A DNA stretch of 64,000 nucleotides from Paracoccaceae bacterium. Its GTDB lineage: Bacteria > Pseudomonadota > Alphaproteobacteria > Rhodobacterales > Rhodobacteraceae. The notes under the pieces are model-generated. The model was given only the letters and a program-made list of their open reading frames with translations, was not told the origin of the DNA and made no database searches. How positions within the stretch are numbered: the first letter of the stretch is position 1; each line of letters opens with the position of its first letter. Shown one piece after another: positions 22,500 to 31,590 of this stretch. Made by a program: the position numbers and the translations under genes. Where the stretch lies: positions 609 to 64,608 of the forward strand of contig DAINEH010000022.1 in the NCBI GenBank assembly GCA_036740275.1, in the 5' to 3' direction.

Positions 22500-23576
22500 A
22501 TGGCTTTTACGAAAATTGCGGTGCTCGGGCTTGGTAAAGTCGGACATCTGGCCGCCGAACTGCTGCTTGAGGCAGGGTTTGAGGTGACGGGTATCGACGC
22601 CCGCGAGGTCAAGGCGCCTTTCCCGACTCGCGCCGTCGATCTGAAGGACACGGGCGGTCTGGCCGAGGTGCTGAAGGGCCAGGAAGCGATTCTGTCCTGC
22701 CTGCCCTACCATCTGAACATCGGCGTCTCGACCGTTGCGCACAGGCTTGGCCTTCACTATTTCGACCTGACCGAAGACGTGCCGACCACCAAGCACATCC
22801 GTGAGCTTGCCAAGACGTCCAAAGGCCTGATGGCGCCGCAATGCGGGCTTGCGCCGGGTTTCGTCGGCATCGTTGGTGCGCATCTCGCTGACCAGTTCGA
22901 CAAGGTCCGCTCCATCCGCCTGCGCGTCGGCGCGCTGCCGCAAAACCCGACCGGGCTTCTCGGCTATGCCTTCAACTGGTCGCCCGAAGGTGTCGTCAAC
23001 GAGTATCTCAACGACTGCGAAGTGATCGAGGAAGGCCAGCTCAAGACCGTCTCCGCGATGGAATGGCTTGAGACGATCTATATCGACGGGATGCAGCTTG
23101 AGGCTTTCACGACCTCCGGCGGGCTTGGCACGATGTGCGAGACCTATGCCGACAAGATCGAGAACCTCGATTACAAGACCATGCGCTATCCCGGCCACGT
23201 GAAGCTGATGAACTTCTTCTTCCACGAGCTTCTGATGCGTGAAAACCGGGCCGAGGCGGGCCGCATCCTGACCAACGCCAAGCCGCCGGTGGACGAGGAT
23301 GTGGTCTACGTCCATGTCGCCGCCGAGGGGATGCAGAACGGCCAGATGCGCCGCAAGGAATTCGTCCGCTCCTATTATCCGATCGAGATCGGCGGCAAGA
23401 GCCGGACGGCCATCGCATGGACCACCTCGGCCTCGGTCGTCGGCGTGATCGAGATGGTGCGCGCCGGCAAGCTGCCGCAGTCAGGTTTCCTCAAGCAGGA
23501 AGAGATCGCGCTGGAGCCCTATCTGGAGACGAAAACCGGTAGCCTTTACAAGACCGGCGCCCGCAGCCGCCACTAG
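22500..23576 (+). CDS. Saccharopine dehydrogenase-family enzyme (L-lysine 6-dehydrogenase-like)
   Basis: Rossmann N-terminus MAFTKIAVLGLGKVGHLAAELLLEAG and SD GGAGA 6 nt upstream of ATG 22500. About 358 aa with a saccharopine-DH-like C-terminal half. Confidence 0.75.
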   Translation: MAFTKIAVLGLGKVGHLAAELLLEAGFEVTGIDAREVKAPFPTRAVDLKDTGGLAEVLKGQEAILSCLPYHLNIGVSTVAHRLGLHYFDLTEDVPTTKHIRELAKTSKGLMAPQCGLAPGFVGIVGAHLADQFDKVRSIRLRVGALPQNPTGLLGYAFNWSPEGVVNEYLNDCEVIEEGQLKTVSAMEWLETIYIDGMQLEAFTTSGGLGTMCETYADKIENLDYKTMRYPGHVKLMNFFFHELLMRENRAEAGRILTNAKPPVDEDVVYVHVAAEGMQNGQMRRKEFVRSYYPIEIGGKSRTAIAWTTSASVVGVIEMVRAGKLPQSGFLKQEEIALEPYLETKTGSLYKTGARSRH

Positions 23577-24760
23577 GCGCGGGCAGGGACTGGAAGGTCG
23601 CGGCCCGCGCGGGCCGCGGCCGGCTTCGCTCGCTTGCGGTCGAGGAAGGCGGCGAAGACGATCATCGACACGATTCCGCCCGAAACCAACGCGAGATCGA
23701 GGCCGGTGGACGGCACCAGCGCGATTTCCTTCACCGCCCGCGCGACGAAGGACAGGAGCGTGCCCATCGCAAAGACCGGCAGCGCCTGCCGCCCCATCAC
23801 CGCAAGGGGGGCCACAACCGGGTTGTCGGCAAAGCGGCGGAAGCCGGGGATCGTGCTGACGGCATAGGCAAGTGCCAGGACGTGAAGAAGCCGGGGCAAG
23901 GATACATAGGTCTTGTCGAAGGCGACGAAGAGCCACGGCACGCCATTCACCGACGCCCAGCCGAGATTGCGGTTCATAAAGCTGCCGAGCGTGTCCCACT
24001 TCAGCCAGACCACGGCAAGAACGACAAAGCCCCAGGCAAGCACGACCAGCGGGCGCCAGACCGGCACGAACCGCGCACCGCGCTTCATGGCAAGGCCGGT
24101 CAGAAGGCCGGTAACGAACAGCAGTTGCCAGGCAAGGGGGTTGAAGAACCAGCCACCGGGAAGCGGGTAAGCCGGCAGGTCCAGCCGGTAGGTCCCTGCG
24201 AGGAACCAAAGCGCGACTGAGGCGGCGAGGGTTCTGAGCGACCAGCGGCTGCCCACCATCAAAAGAACCGGCGTCGCCAGAAGCAGCACTGCATACATCG
24301 GCAGGATGTTCACATAGCCGAACTGGTGGCCGAGTGTCGGGACGCCGATGAGCACGCCGTAAGGGTCGCTCAGCAGGTGCTGGAAATTGTCTTTCAAGGC
24401 GAGTGTGATCGAGCCGCCGAAGCGCCAGGTGGCGAAGACGATGGCGATGGCCCAGAACGACAGGAACAAGTGGACGAGGTACAGCGTCCAGGCCCGGTGC
24501 CAGATCTTGGCGATCCCCGGCCAGAGCGGCCCGCGCTCCATCCCGCCGGAATAGGCCAGCGCCGCCGAGATACCCGAGATCATCACGAAGGCTTCGGCGG
24601 CGTCGGAAAAGCCGAAGTTGCGGTTGGTCAGCGTCTCGAAGACTGTTCCTGGAACATGGTTGATGAAGATCATCACCAAGGCGAGGCCCCGCAGCACGTC
24701 GATGCGCCCGTCGCGCTGTTTCGGGATAGGTGCAGGGCGGGGCGGGTTCTGGTCAAGCAT
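23573..24760 (-). CDS. opgC: OpgC-like membrane acyl(succinyl)transferase for periplasmic glucans
   Basis: 395 aa and polytopic (RIDVLRGLALVMIFINH... acyltransferase-3-like first helix). It is the last gene of an opgG-I-H-C order, as described for Rhodobacter sphaeroides. Confidence 0.75.
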   Translation of the reverse strand: MLDQNPPRPAPIPKQRDGRIDVLRGLALVMIFINHVPGTVFETLTNRNFGFSDAAEAFVMISGISAALAYSGGMERGPLWPGIAKIWHRAWTLYLVHLFLSFWAIAIVFATWRFGGSITLALKDNFQHLLSDPYGVLIGVPTLGHQFGYVNILPMYAVLLLATPVLLMVGSRWSLRTLAASVALWFLAGTYRLDLPAYPLPGGWFFNPLAWQLLFVTGLLTGLAMKRGARFVPVWRPLVVLAWGFVVLAVVWLKWDTLGSFMNRNLGWASVNGVPWLFVAFDKTYVSLPRLLHVLALAYAVSTIPGFRRFADNPVVAPLAVMGRQALPVFAMGTLLSFVARAVKEIALVPSTGLDLALVSGGIVSMIVFAAFLDRKRAKPAAARAGRDLPVPARA

Positions 24761-26528
24761 CGGCCGTCCCCCTTTTCCTTGCCGCCGTCGACGGCCCTGC
24801 GGCGTCCGCCGGTTGCCCCCAGCGCGCTAGGATTTCGTCGTGACGTGCCAGGATATGCGGCGTTGCGCGTTCTTCTGCCGTGGCGAAGGTCGTGGCACCC
24901 TTGGCGGAATGCGAGGTCCAGGCGATCAGGAAGGGCGCCAGGATCATCGGCCCGAGGACCGGGACCAGCCAGGGCAGGAGCGCGGGAATGAAATAGCCCG
25001 AGGCGAAGAGGCCGACGAGGCCGATGGAAACCATGAAATGACAGGTCTCGAAAGCCTCGGCCACCGTCACCCGCGCCTCGCCCCGGCGGTTGGCGGGCCA
25101 GCCGCCATCGGCGCCGCGCAGCACCTGGAAAACCGAGCGCGACTGGAACGCCATCAGGATCGGTGCGATCAGGCTCGACAGCAGAAGGTCGGCAAGGGCC
25201 GAGATGGTGACGCTGAACGGGCGCCCGAAGGCGAGGAGGCGGTCGGTCATCGCCGCTTCGAACAGGATCAAGAGCTTCGGCATGATGAGAAGGCCGATGA
25301 TGCCGATGAAAAGGCCGATGGCCTTGGCCGTCTCGTCGCTTGGGAAGACCGGGAAGAACTGGTGCGGGTCGGGGAAGTAGTCCGGCGGCGGCAGCGTCGC
25401 ACGGTCCAGTAGCGAGGAGATCAGGAAGCCGGCCCAGAAGACCGGCGCGACATAGGCCATGATGCCGAGGACAAGGGACATGCGGCTCCAGCCCAAGAGG
25501 CCTGCCGCCGGCACGATCCGGCTGTGTTGCAGGTTGCCCTGGCACCAGCGCCGGTCACGCTTGGCATGTTCGATCAGGTTTTCGGGGCCTTCCTCATAGG
25601 AACCGCCAAGATCGGGGTCGAGCCGCACGGTCCAGCCGGCGCGGGCCAGAAGTGCTGCCTCGACCACGTCATGGCTAAGGATATGGCCGCCAAAGGGCGG
25701 CGGGCCATCAAGCTCGGGCAGGCCGCAGGCGGCGGCCCAGGCGCGGGTGCGCACGATGGCGTTGTGGCCCCAGAACGGCCCGGCGGTGCCTTGCAGCCTG
25801 GCGAGGCCACGGGCGAAGACCGGCGAATAGAAGGCAGCGGCGAACTGCATGGCGCGGCCGAAGACCGACCGGGCGCGCACCACCGTCGGCAGCGTCTGCA
25901 GAAGGCCGAGTTTCGGATCAGCCTCGATCCGGCGGATCATCTCAAGGATGGTCCCGGCTTCCATCAGGCTGTCGGCGTCAAGGATCAGCGCATAGTCGTA
26001 GGCCGCACCGCTTTTGCGGAAGAACTCGGCGATATTGCCGGCCTTGCGCCCGGTGTTCTTGGTGCGGCGCCGGTAGAAGAGCCTCCCCTCGGCGCCGGTT
26101 TCGGCGAGAAGGCGGTTGTACCAGAATGCTTCGCCGGCAATCGCCTCGGGCTTGTAGCTGTCGGACAGGATGGCGAAGTCGACCTCGGCAGGGGCGGATT
26201 TCAGCGCCTCGATCATCGCGGCCACACGGGCGAAGGTCGGCGCGGGGTCTTCGTTGCAAACCGGCATGAGGATGACGGTCTTGCCCTGGATCGCTGCCGT
26301 CGAACGCACCCGACCGCGCGCCGGCCAGAGGCCGATCAGCGAAAGGGCGGCGCCCCAGGCCAGCCAAGCAGTGGAGAGCGTCAGCAAAGCGGCGCTGACG
26401 AATGCGTAGGGCGTCAGCCCGCCCGCCGAAGAATACTGCAGGAACAGCGCCGCAGCACCGCCGCCCGCGAGGACCGGCAGGGTGACGGCCAGCGTCCGAA
26501 GAAGCAGGAGATGCGCCCCCTGCGCCAT
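24753..26528 (-). CDS. opgH: Glucans biosynthesis glucosyltransferase H (GT2)
   Basis: 591 aa. Motifs ILDADSLM (DxD) and RDRRWCQGNLQH (QxxRW-like), with flanking TM segments. Confidence 0.9.
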   Translation of the reverse strand: MAQGAHLLLLRTLAVTLPVLAGGGAAALFLQYSSAGGLTPYAFVSAALLTLSTAWLAWGAALSLIGLWPARGRVRSTAAIQGKTVILMPVCNEDPAPTFARVAAMIEALKSAPAEVDFAILSDSYKPEAIAGEAFWYNRLLAETGAEGRLFYRRRTKNTGRKAGNIAEFFRKSGAAYDYALILDADSLMEAGTILEMIRRIEADPKLGLLQTLPTVVRARSVFGRAMQFAAAFYSPVFARGLARLQGTAGPFWGHNAIVRTRAWAAACGLPELDGPPPFGGHILSHDVVEAALLARAGWTVRLDPDLGGSYEEGPENLIEHAKRDRRWCQGNLQHSRIVPAAGLLGWSRMSLVLGIMAYVAPVFWAGFLISSLLDRATLPPPDYFPDPHQFFPVFPSDETAKAIGLFIGIIGLLIMPKLLILFEAAMTDRLLAFGRPFSVTISALADLLLSSLIAPILMAFQSRSVFQVLRGADGGWPANRRGEARVTVAEAFETCHFMVSIGLVGLFASGYFIPALLPWLVPVLGPMILAPFLIAWTSHSAKGATTFATAEERATPHILARHDEILARWGQPADAAGPSTAARKRGTADA

Positions 26529-26529
26529 G

Positions 26530-26706
26530 TCAGTGCTTCACGGCCCGCCCGGCCGTGCCGAAGATGCCGCGCAGAAGCGCCGCGATTCCACCGGCGTCCA
26601 GCGACTGGACCGGCATGGCCAGCGGCGCTTCAGGAAGCGCTGCGATGGCGGGGATTTCGGCCCCCGCGGCCTTCAGGTCGATTGCGGACTTGCCTTGCAA
26701 GGTCAT
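26530..26706 (-). CDS. opgI: Small ORF between opgG and opgH (opgI-like)
   Basis: 58 aa from an ATG that overlaps the opgG stop (ATGA), ending 1 nt before the opgH start. Its position matches opgI of the R. sphaeroides opgGIHC operon. The sequence itself is uninformative. Confidence 0.5.
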   Translation of the reverse strand: MTLQGKSAIDLKAAGAEIPAIAALPEAPLAMPVQSLDAGGIAALLRGIFGTAGRAVKH

Positions 26707-28292
26707 GACTTCACCCATTGGAACGACCAGATCTCGGACAGTTTTCTGCCGTAACCCGCGATATGCGCCGTCAGCTCGACGACGGCGCCTTTCTCGGCCG
26801 AAATATCGACCACCATGCGCCAGGTATCGCTGCCGGGCAGCTTTGACAGGGTCAGAACCTCCGCCTTGCCGCCGACGACATCGAGAACCGGCTCGACCTT
26901 CTGGTCGGTCTCCGGCAGGCGGCCCAGCATTCCGCCCTGAAACTCCACCACGAATTTCTGTAGGTCCGGCGGATTTTCAACCCCCGCCGCACCGCCAATT
27001 CCGCCACGCGTGGCCGAAACAATCGCGCGGTCGTCGGAATGATCGGGATCCAGCCGGCCCCAGTGCATCCGGTAGGCGAACTCGCGCGTATCGCCGGCCT
27101 TCACCGGCTGGTCCGGCACCCAGAAGGCGCCGATGTTGTCATGCACCTCGACATCGGTCGGAAGCTCGAAAAGCCGGACCTTGCCTGGCCCCCAGTCGCC
27201 GATCGGTTCGATATCGACCGACGGACGGAGATCGTAGCGGGCGCCGGCGTCCTGATAGTCCTCGAACTCCCGCCCCCGTTGATAGAGGCCGAAGCGCTGG
27301 GGGCGGGTTTCACTGTAATAGGAGGTTGCGAGCCCGGTCGGGTTGTCAAGCGCGCGCCAGATCACGTCGCCATCGGCGCGGACGATCCTGAGGCCGTTGC
27401 TGTCATGGACGCGGGGGCGGTAATCGTTGAACCGCGCCCGGTTCACATCGGCAAAGAGGAACATTGAGGTCAACGGCGCCACACCGAGCTGCTCGACGTC
27501 GTTGCGGAAGAAGAGCCGTGCCGTGACCTCGACCACCGTTTCGACGCCGGGGGTGACGACGAAGCGGTAGGCGCCGGTCACGCTCGCGCTGTCGAGCGAG
27601 GCGTAGATGGTGACGGTTCCGGCCCCCGGTGCCGGGTATTCAAGCCAGAAGCCGCTGAAGCGCGGGAACTCCTCGGCCTTGGTCAGGCCGCTGTCGATGG
27701 CGAGGCCGCGCGCCGACAGCCCGTAGGTGTTGCCTAACCCCAGCGCCCGGAAATAGCTCGCCCCGACGAAGGAGATGATCTCATCCATCTTGTCGCCGCG
27801 ATTGAGCGGATGGGTCAGCTTGAAGCCGGCCACGCCGGGAAGTGCTGCGCCCGCCGGCACATTCTGTTTCAGAGGGCCGCGATAGTCGAAGTCATCGGTG
27901 GTGAAGGACAGCCCGGTCGCCATGCCATCAACCACCTCATAGAGGTGGACCGGCTCCTTGAAGAGCCAGCCAAGGTGGAACGGCAGAAGGTTCCAGACGC
28001 TGTCCGCCGCCCTCCATCGGGCCTTGGTGGGGCGAAACTGAATGAACTGATAGTCGTCGTAGGTCAGATCCTTGAAGAGCGGCGACAGGTCCTCTGGCTC
28101 CGGCGCCGGTGCGGCGGCGCGGGCGCGGGCGGCTTCGGTCAGCAGATCGAAGCTGAAAGGCTCACCCGTTGCGGTCTGGCCGAGGGCAGGGGCGCCGGTC
28201 CAGAGCACGGGAAGGCTGAGGGCGGTGGTACCCATTGCGAACAGAAACGCGCGTCGGGACGGGGCAGAGATATGAGAAGTTCTCAGGGTCAT
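26703..28292 (-). CDS. opgG: Periplasmic glucan biosynthesis protein OpgG/OpgD family (Tat signal)
   Basis: 529 aa. Twin-arginine leader SRRAFLFAMGTTALSLPVL. MdoG-family body (LPFHLGWLFKEPV..., SLDSASVTGAYRF...). Confidence 0.9.
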   Translation of the reverse strand: MTLRTSHISAPSRRAFLFAMGTTALSLPVLWTGAPALGQTATGEPFSFDLLTEAARARAAAPAPEPEDLSPLFKDLTYDDYQFIQFRPTKARWRAADSVWNLLPFHLGWLFKEPVHLYEVVDGMATGLSFTTDDFDYRGPLKQNVPAGAALPGVAGFKLTHPLNRGDKMDEIISFVGASYFRALGLGNTYGLSARGLAIDSGLTKAEEFPRFSGFWLEYPAPGAGTVTIYASLDSASVTGAYRFVVTPGVETVVEVTARLFFRNDVEQLGVAPLTSMFLFADVNRARFNDYRPRVHDSNGLRIVRADGDVIWRALDNPTGLATSYYSETRPQRFGLYQRGREFEDYQDAGARYDLRPSVDIEPIGDWGPGKVRLFELPTDVEVHDNIGAFWVPDQPVKAGDTREFAYRMHWGRLDPDHSDDRAIVSATRGGIGGAAGVENPPDLQKFVVEFQGGMLGRLPETDQKVEPVLDVVGGKAEVLTLSKLPGSDTWRMVVDISAEKGAVVELTAHIAGYGRKLSEIWSFQWVKS

Positions 28293-28908
28293 TCTTCAAG
28301 GTTTGCAATGCTCTAGGCGACCGCCGCGACTCAGCGGCCCGCTCTTGACGCGCATTCATGCCGGTTCTGGCCGCGAAGCAAGAGGAATGCTGATGCTGCA
28401 ACTGCAAATGCGCGAATTTCTGCGACCGCGAAGGTTTATCTGCCGCAGTTAATGGCCGCGGCTCGGCACATTTTTGCCAACTGCCTATTTTTTGTGCAAA
28501 TGTCGCTTTCTCACCTCAGCCTGCGCGGCGTTGCGGGGCCAGACGGAGCAACGCTATCGGCACCCTGGGCGCCTCAGCCCCGCGTGGAAAATTGCATCGC
28601 GCCGACATATCGGATTGCGGCTGCGCGAAATGAAAAAGGGCGGAAACGGACAATGCCCCGCATACCTCGGCATGCGCACCGCATCATCCGTTCCCGCCAA
28701 TCGAACTGTCGGACACTCGTTACCCCGGCAACCGGTTACTGACACAACGACCAACGTCTGGATCGGAAGGTTACTCTTACGAGGTCCACTCACCCGATCA
28801 GGGATCGATCAGCCGTTCCGTGAGCCAGCCAGCCGACGCTTATCCCTGAATTCCACCCGCACCCATTGTCTGTTGGTTGCGACAGCGCGGAAATGGTTCA
28901 AAGAAAAA

Positions 28909-30189
28909 TTACTGGCAGCCCGAAAGCTGCAGCAGCCCCCAGCCGAAGCGTTTGTCACGGCCGGGCTGGCCAAGGTCGCGCACGTCGCGGCGCAGGGAAT
29001 CGATGACGCCTTGCCGCCCGCGTGCGCCGCGACCGATCTCATGTGCGATGACCGCCGAGGCGATGGCGGTTGCGTAGGAGGTGCCGGATCGGTAGCCGCT
29101 GCCATCGCCACTCGCGACCAGAAGGTCGACACCAGGTGCTGCGAAGGCGATCTCGGATCCGGTATTGGCAGCACCGTAAAGGCGTTGGCGCGCATCCACC
29201 GCCGTAATGGCGATGACATTGGGATCGGCGGCCGGATAGGAGACGACGCCGCGGCCCTCGTTGCCGGCCGCCGCCACGAGGACGGTGCCGCCTGCGTCTG
29301 CGGACGACAGGAGCCGGGCAAGTACCCGGTTCTCCGGACCGGAGATCGACATGTTGACGATGTCCACTCGCTCCGCGACCAGCCAGTCGAGGCCGCGCGC
29401 GAAATGGTCAAGGCGCATGCCGTTGCCGGCATCGTCACGAGCGAAGGCGACGGCAGAAAAGATGTCGGCGCCGACGGCCAGGCCCGACACGTCCGATAAG
29501 CCCTTTGGCATGGCGATAAGCGACACGAGGCCTGTCGCATGATCGGTGTCGGCCGGGGAATCGCCGTCGTCGAGAACCGACCGGGTGACGAGGGGAACAT
29601 TGGAAAGGCCGCGCTGTGCGGTGTCGACGGGGCCGTCGATCAGCCCGATACGGACCGGGCGGGACAGCGCGCAGGCACCCGTTGCCTTGGCGCCGATCAT
29701 CTCCTGCGCATAGGCACGCCCCGCCGAGGCGGAAAAGATGGTGTTGCGGTCCAGCGCGACGCCAGGCCCGGCGGCGGCGATCCTGCGCTGCATGTCGGCA
29801 GAAGAAATGCGACCCGCAAGATCGAGCGCGATGAGGGAGAGGCCGAGGCTCCGAAGCTCCTCGCGCCGCAGGACCTGGCCTTGGGCCTGCCGCACCAGAT
29901 CTTCTGCGCGGTCGATGGCGGCGGGCGTTCCCGCCGCGAGATATTCGAAATTCCCGTTGCCCAGCACCCGCGTCCGGCCGAAGGCGGGCGCGGAGTCCGG
30001 CGTCCGGGTGCCGGCGCGCGGCGGGGCCTGGCGCCTGACGGGCTTTGGCGGTCCCGGATGAGGCTCGGATCGGGCAGCCTTCGCTTCGGCTGAGCCGGCC
30101 AATGTCGTGTGCGCCGCCACGTCAGCGATGGCAGCGCCGGCGACGGAGCTGGTCAGAACGACAAGAAGCAGGGCAAGACGGACCCTCAT
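28909..30189 (-). CDS. Secreted S8 (subtilisin-family) serine peptidase
   Basis: 426 aa with a signal peptide (MRVRLALLLVVLTSSVAGA). Catalytic contexts IGLIDGPVD (Asp), HATGLVSLI (His), AAGNEG (oxyanion Asn) and GTSYATA (Ser). ATGA-coupled to the anti-sigma gene. Confidence 0.88.
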   Translation of the reverse strand: MRVRLALLLVVLTSSVAGAAIADVAAHTTLAGSAEAKAARSEPHPGPPKPVRRQAPPRAGTRTPDSAPAFGRTRVLGNGNFEYLAAGTPAAIDRAEDLVRQAQGQVLRREELRSLGLSLIALDLAGRISSADMQRRIAAAGPGVALDRNTIFSASAGRAYAQEMIGAKATGACALSRPVRIGLIDGPVDTAQRGLSNVPLVTRSVLDDGDSPADTDHATGLVSLIAMPKGLSDVSGLAVGADIFSAVAFARDDAGNGMRLDHFARGLDWLVAERVDIVNMSISGPENRVLARLLSSADAGGTVLVAAAGNEGRGVVSYPAADPNVIAITAVDARQRLYGAANTGSEIAFAAPGVDLLVASGDGSGYRSGTSYATAIASAVIAHEIGRGARGRQGVIDSLRRDVRDLGQPGRDKRFGWGLLQLSGCQ

Positions 30190-30761
30190 CTGGCGATTTC
30201 CGCGCTCTCCACAATGGCCCCGGCGGCGGCAAGTTCCGCAACGGCGGCGGCAGGATCGACGCCCTCGGGCGGCGCCACATGATAAAGGCCAAGCGCGGAG
30301 GGGCCGTCGACGATCACATAGTTGCCAGCGACAAGGAGATCGGAAATTGCTCCGGCGGTTGCGTCGGCACGGAAGGCGACAAGCAGGCTTTCGTCCGCCG
30401 GCGCGGCGCCCGCCTGGCGGTAGGTATCATCGGGGGCGCGCATCGCCTGAACCGCGATCACCCCGGACAGGATCGCGCCTAGGGCGAAGGCGGCGGCAAG
30501 CGCCGCGAGAGAGGGCCTCTGCGTCGGCGCGCCTTGGGCAAGGTCGCGCCCAAGCCGCGCCAGCCCCAAGTCGCCCGGCGAATTCCCGGGAAGCTCCTCC
30601 TGCACGGAAGATCGGATGCGGTCGAGGAGCCTCAATTCCTCCTCAAGGCCGGCATCGGTTGAAAGCGCCTGCTCCACCTTCGCCTTCTCTTCGACGCTGA
30701 GCGAGCCATTCAGGTAGAATGGCAGCAATTCCGAGATTTCGTTTCGCACTCTGTCACCCAT
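30186..30761 (-). CDS. Single-pass anti-sigma factor (non-zinc ASD) with a ~75-aa periplasmic domain
   Basis: 191 aa. N-terminal anti-sigma-like helix bundle (ISELLPFYLNGSLSVEEKAKVEQAL), one TM (LAALAAAFALGAILSGVIAV) and a periplasmic beta-alpha-beta-beta-alpha-beta-patterned tail. It overlaps the sigma gene by 8 nt. Confidence 0.75.
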   Translation of the reverse strand: MGDRVRNEISELLPFYLNGSLSVEEKAKVEQALSTDAGLEEELRLLDRIRSSVQEELPGNSPGDLGLARLGRDLAQGAPTQRPSLAALAAAFALGAILSGVIAVQAMRAPDDTYRQAGAAPADESLLVAFRADATAGAISDLLVAGNYVIVDGPSALGLYHVAPPEGVDPAAAVAELAAAGAIVESAEIAR

Positions 30762-31332
30762 AACTCTTCCGGCCCCCGGTTGCGCCTTTGATCGTCAGAC
30801 ACCGGAGCATGAGCTGCTTGGCGTGGAACACACGCGACTTCACCGTACCCTCGGGAACACCAAGTACGCCGGCGATCTCAGGATAGCTCATCTCCTCGAA
30901 GAAGGTGAGTTCCAGCGCAATCCGGTGTTCGACGCTCAAGCCCTCAAGGCAGGCGCGAACCGCCTTGGAATCCTCGGCCTGCGCGATGGCGGTGGCGGCA
31001 TCCGTGCTCTCGTCAATCTGTTCCGGCAGCGTCTCCTGATAAACAACCCTGTCATTCCGGCGGTGAATCTCCATCGCCTTGCGCCAGGCGATGGCAAAGA
31101 TCCAGGTCCGCGCACTCGACTGCCCCCTGAAAGCCGCAGCACTACGCCACACTTCGAGAAAGACGTCATGCATGATGTCGGCGGAGCGGTGCCGATCGTT
31201 CAATCTTAGAACAATGAACCGGAAAAGCGGGCGTTCGAGCTGGCGGTAGAGCTGGTCAAACGCCATCCGGTCCCCGCGCGCGATCCGCGCAACGAGGCTG
31301 TCGATCTCAGCTCCATTGTTCTTTTCGGCCAT
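30754..31332 (-). CDS. ECF (sigma-70 group IV) RNA polymerase sigma factor
   Basis: 192 aa. Region 2 (FDQLYRQLERPLFRFIV...DIMHDVFLEVW) and region 4 HTH (SYPEIAGVLGVPEGTVKSRVFHAK). Confidence 0.92.
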   Translation of the reverse strand: MAEKNNGAEIDSLVARIARGDRMAFDQLYRQLERPLFRFIVLRLNDRHRSADIMHDVFLEVWRSAAAFRGQSSARTWIFAIAWRKAMEIHRRNDRVVYQETLPEQIDESTDAATAIAQAEDSKAVRACLEGLSVEHRIALELTFFEEMSYPEIAGVLGVPEGTVKSRVFHAKQLMLRCLTIKGATGGRKSYG

Positions 31333-31590
31333 TTGATACCCAGGTGCCGGCAGGCAATCCGGCCAGGTGCGATCTCAAATGGATACACCTCTCCCCTTCA
31401 ATCGCCCATGACCCGCGATGACGCAAGAGAGACAGGCACAAAGCTCAGCCTGCCGCATCCCTTCGCCGCGGGAATCGCGGACCTGATAATCTCGTGAGCC
31501 TCTGACTCATCGGATGCATTCTGTCGGTCACGCCCTATAGTCTCCGGCGGGGGGCATCCTTCGCTGCCCTTTGTACGGAGAAGGGCCAAG

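Noticed and set aside
23573-23576. Convergent lysine-dehydrogenase-like and opgC genes share a CTAG, so their stop codons overlap.
   Set aside because: The overlap is real but trivial. It only indicates that there is no room for a terminator between the two units, and no further signal was seen.
28452-29499. Plus-strand ORFs (96 aa and 341 aa) starting in the opgG-subtilase gap.
   Set aside because: The long one is mostly antisense to the S8 peptidase gene. The parts within the gap have no SD, odd composition and no motifs.
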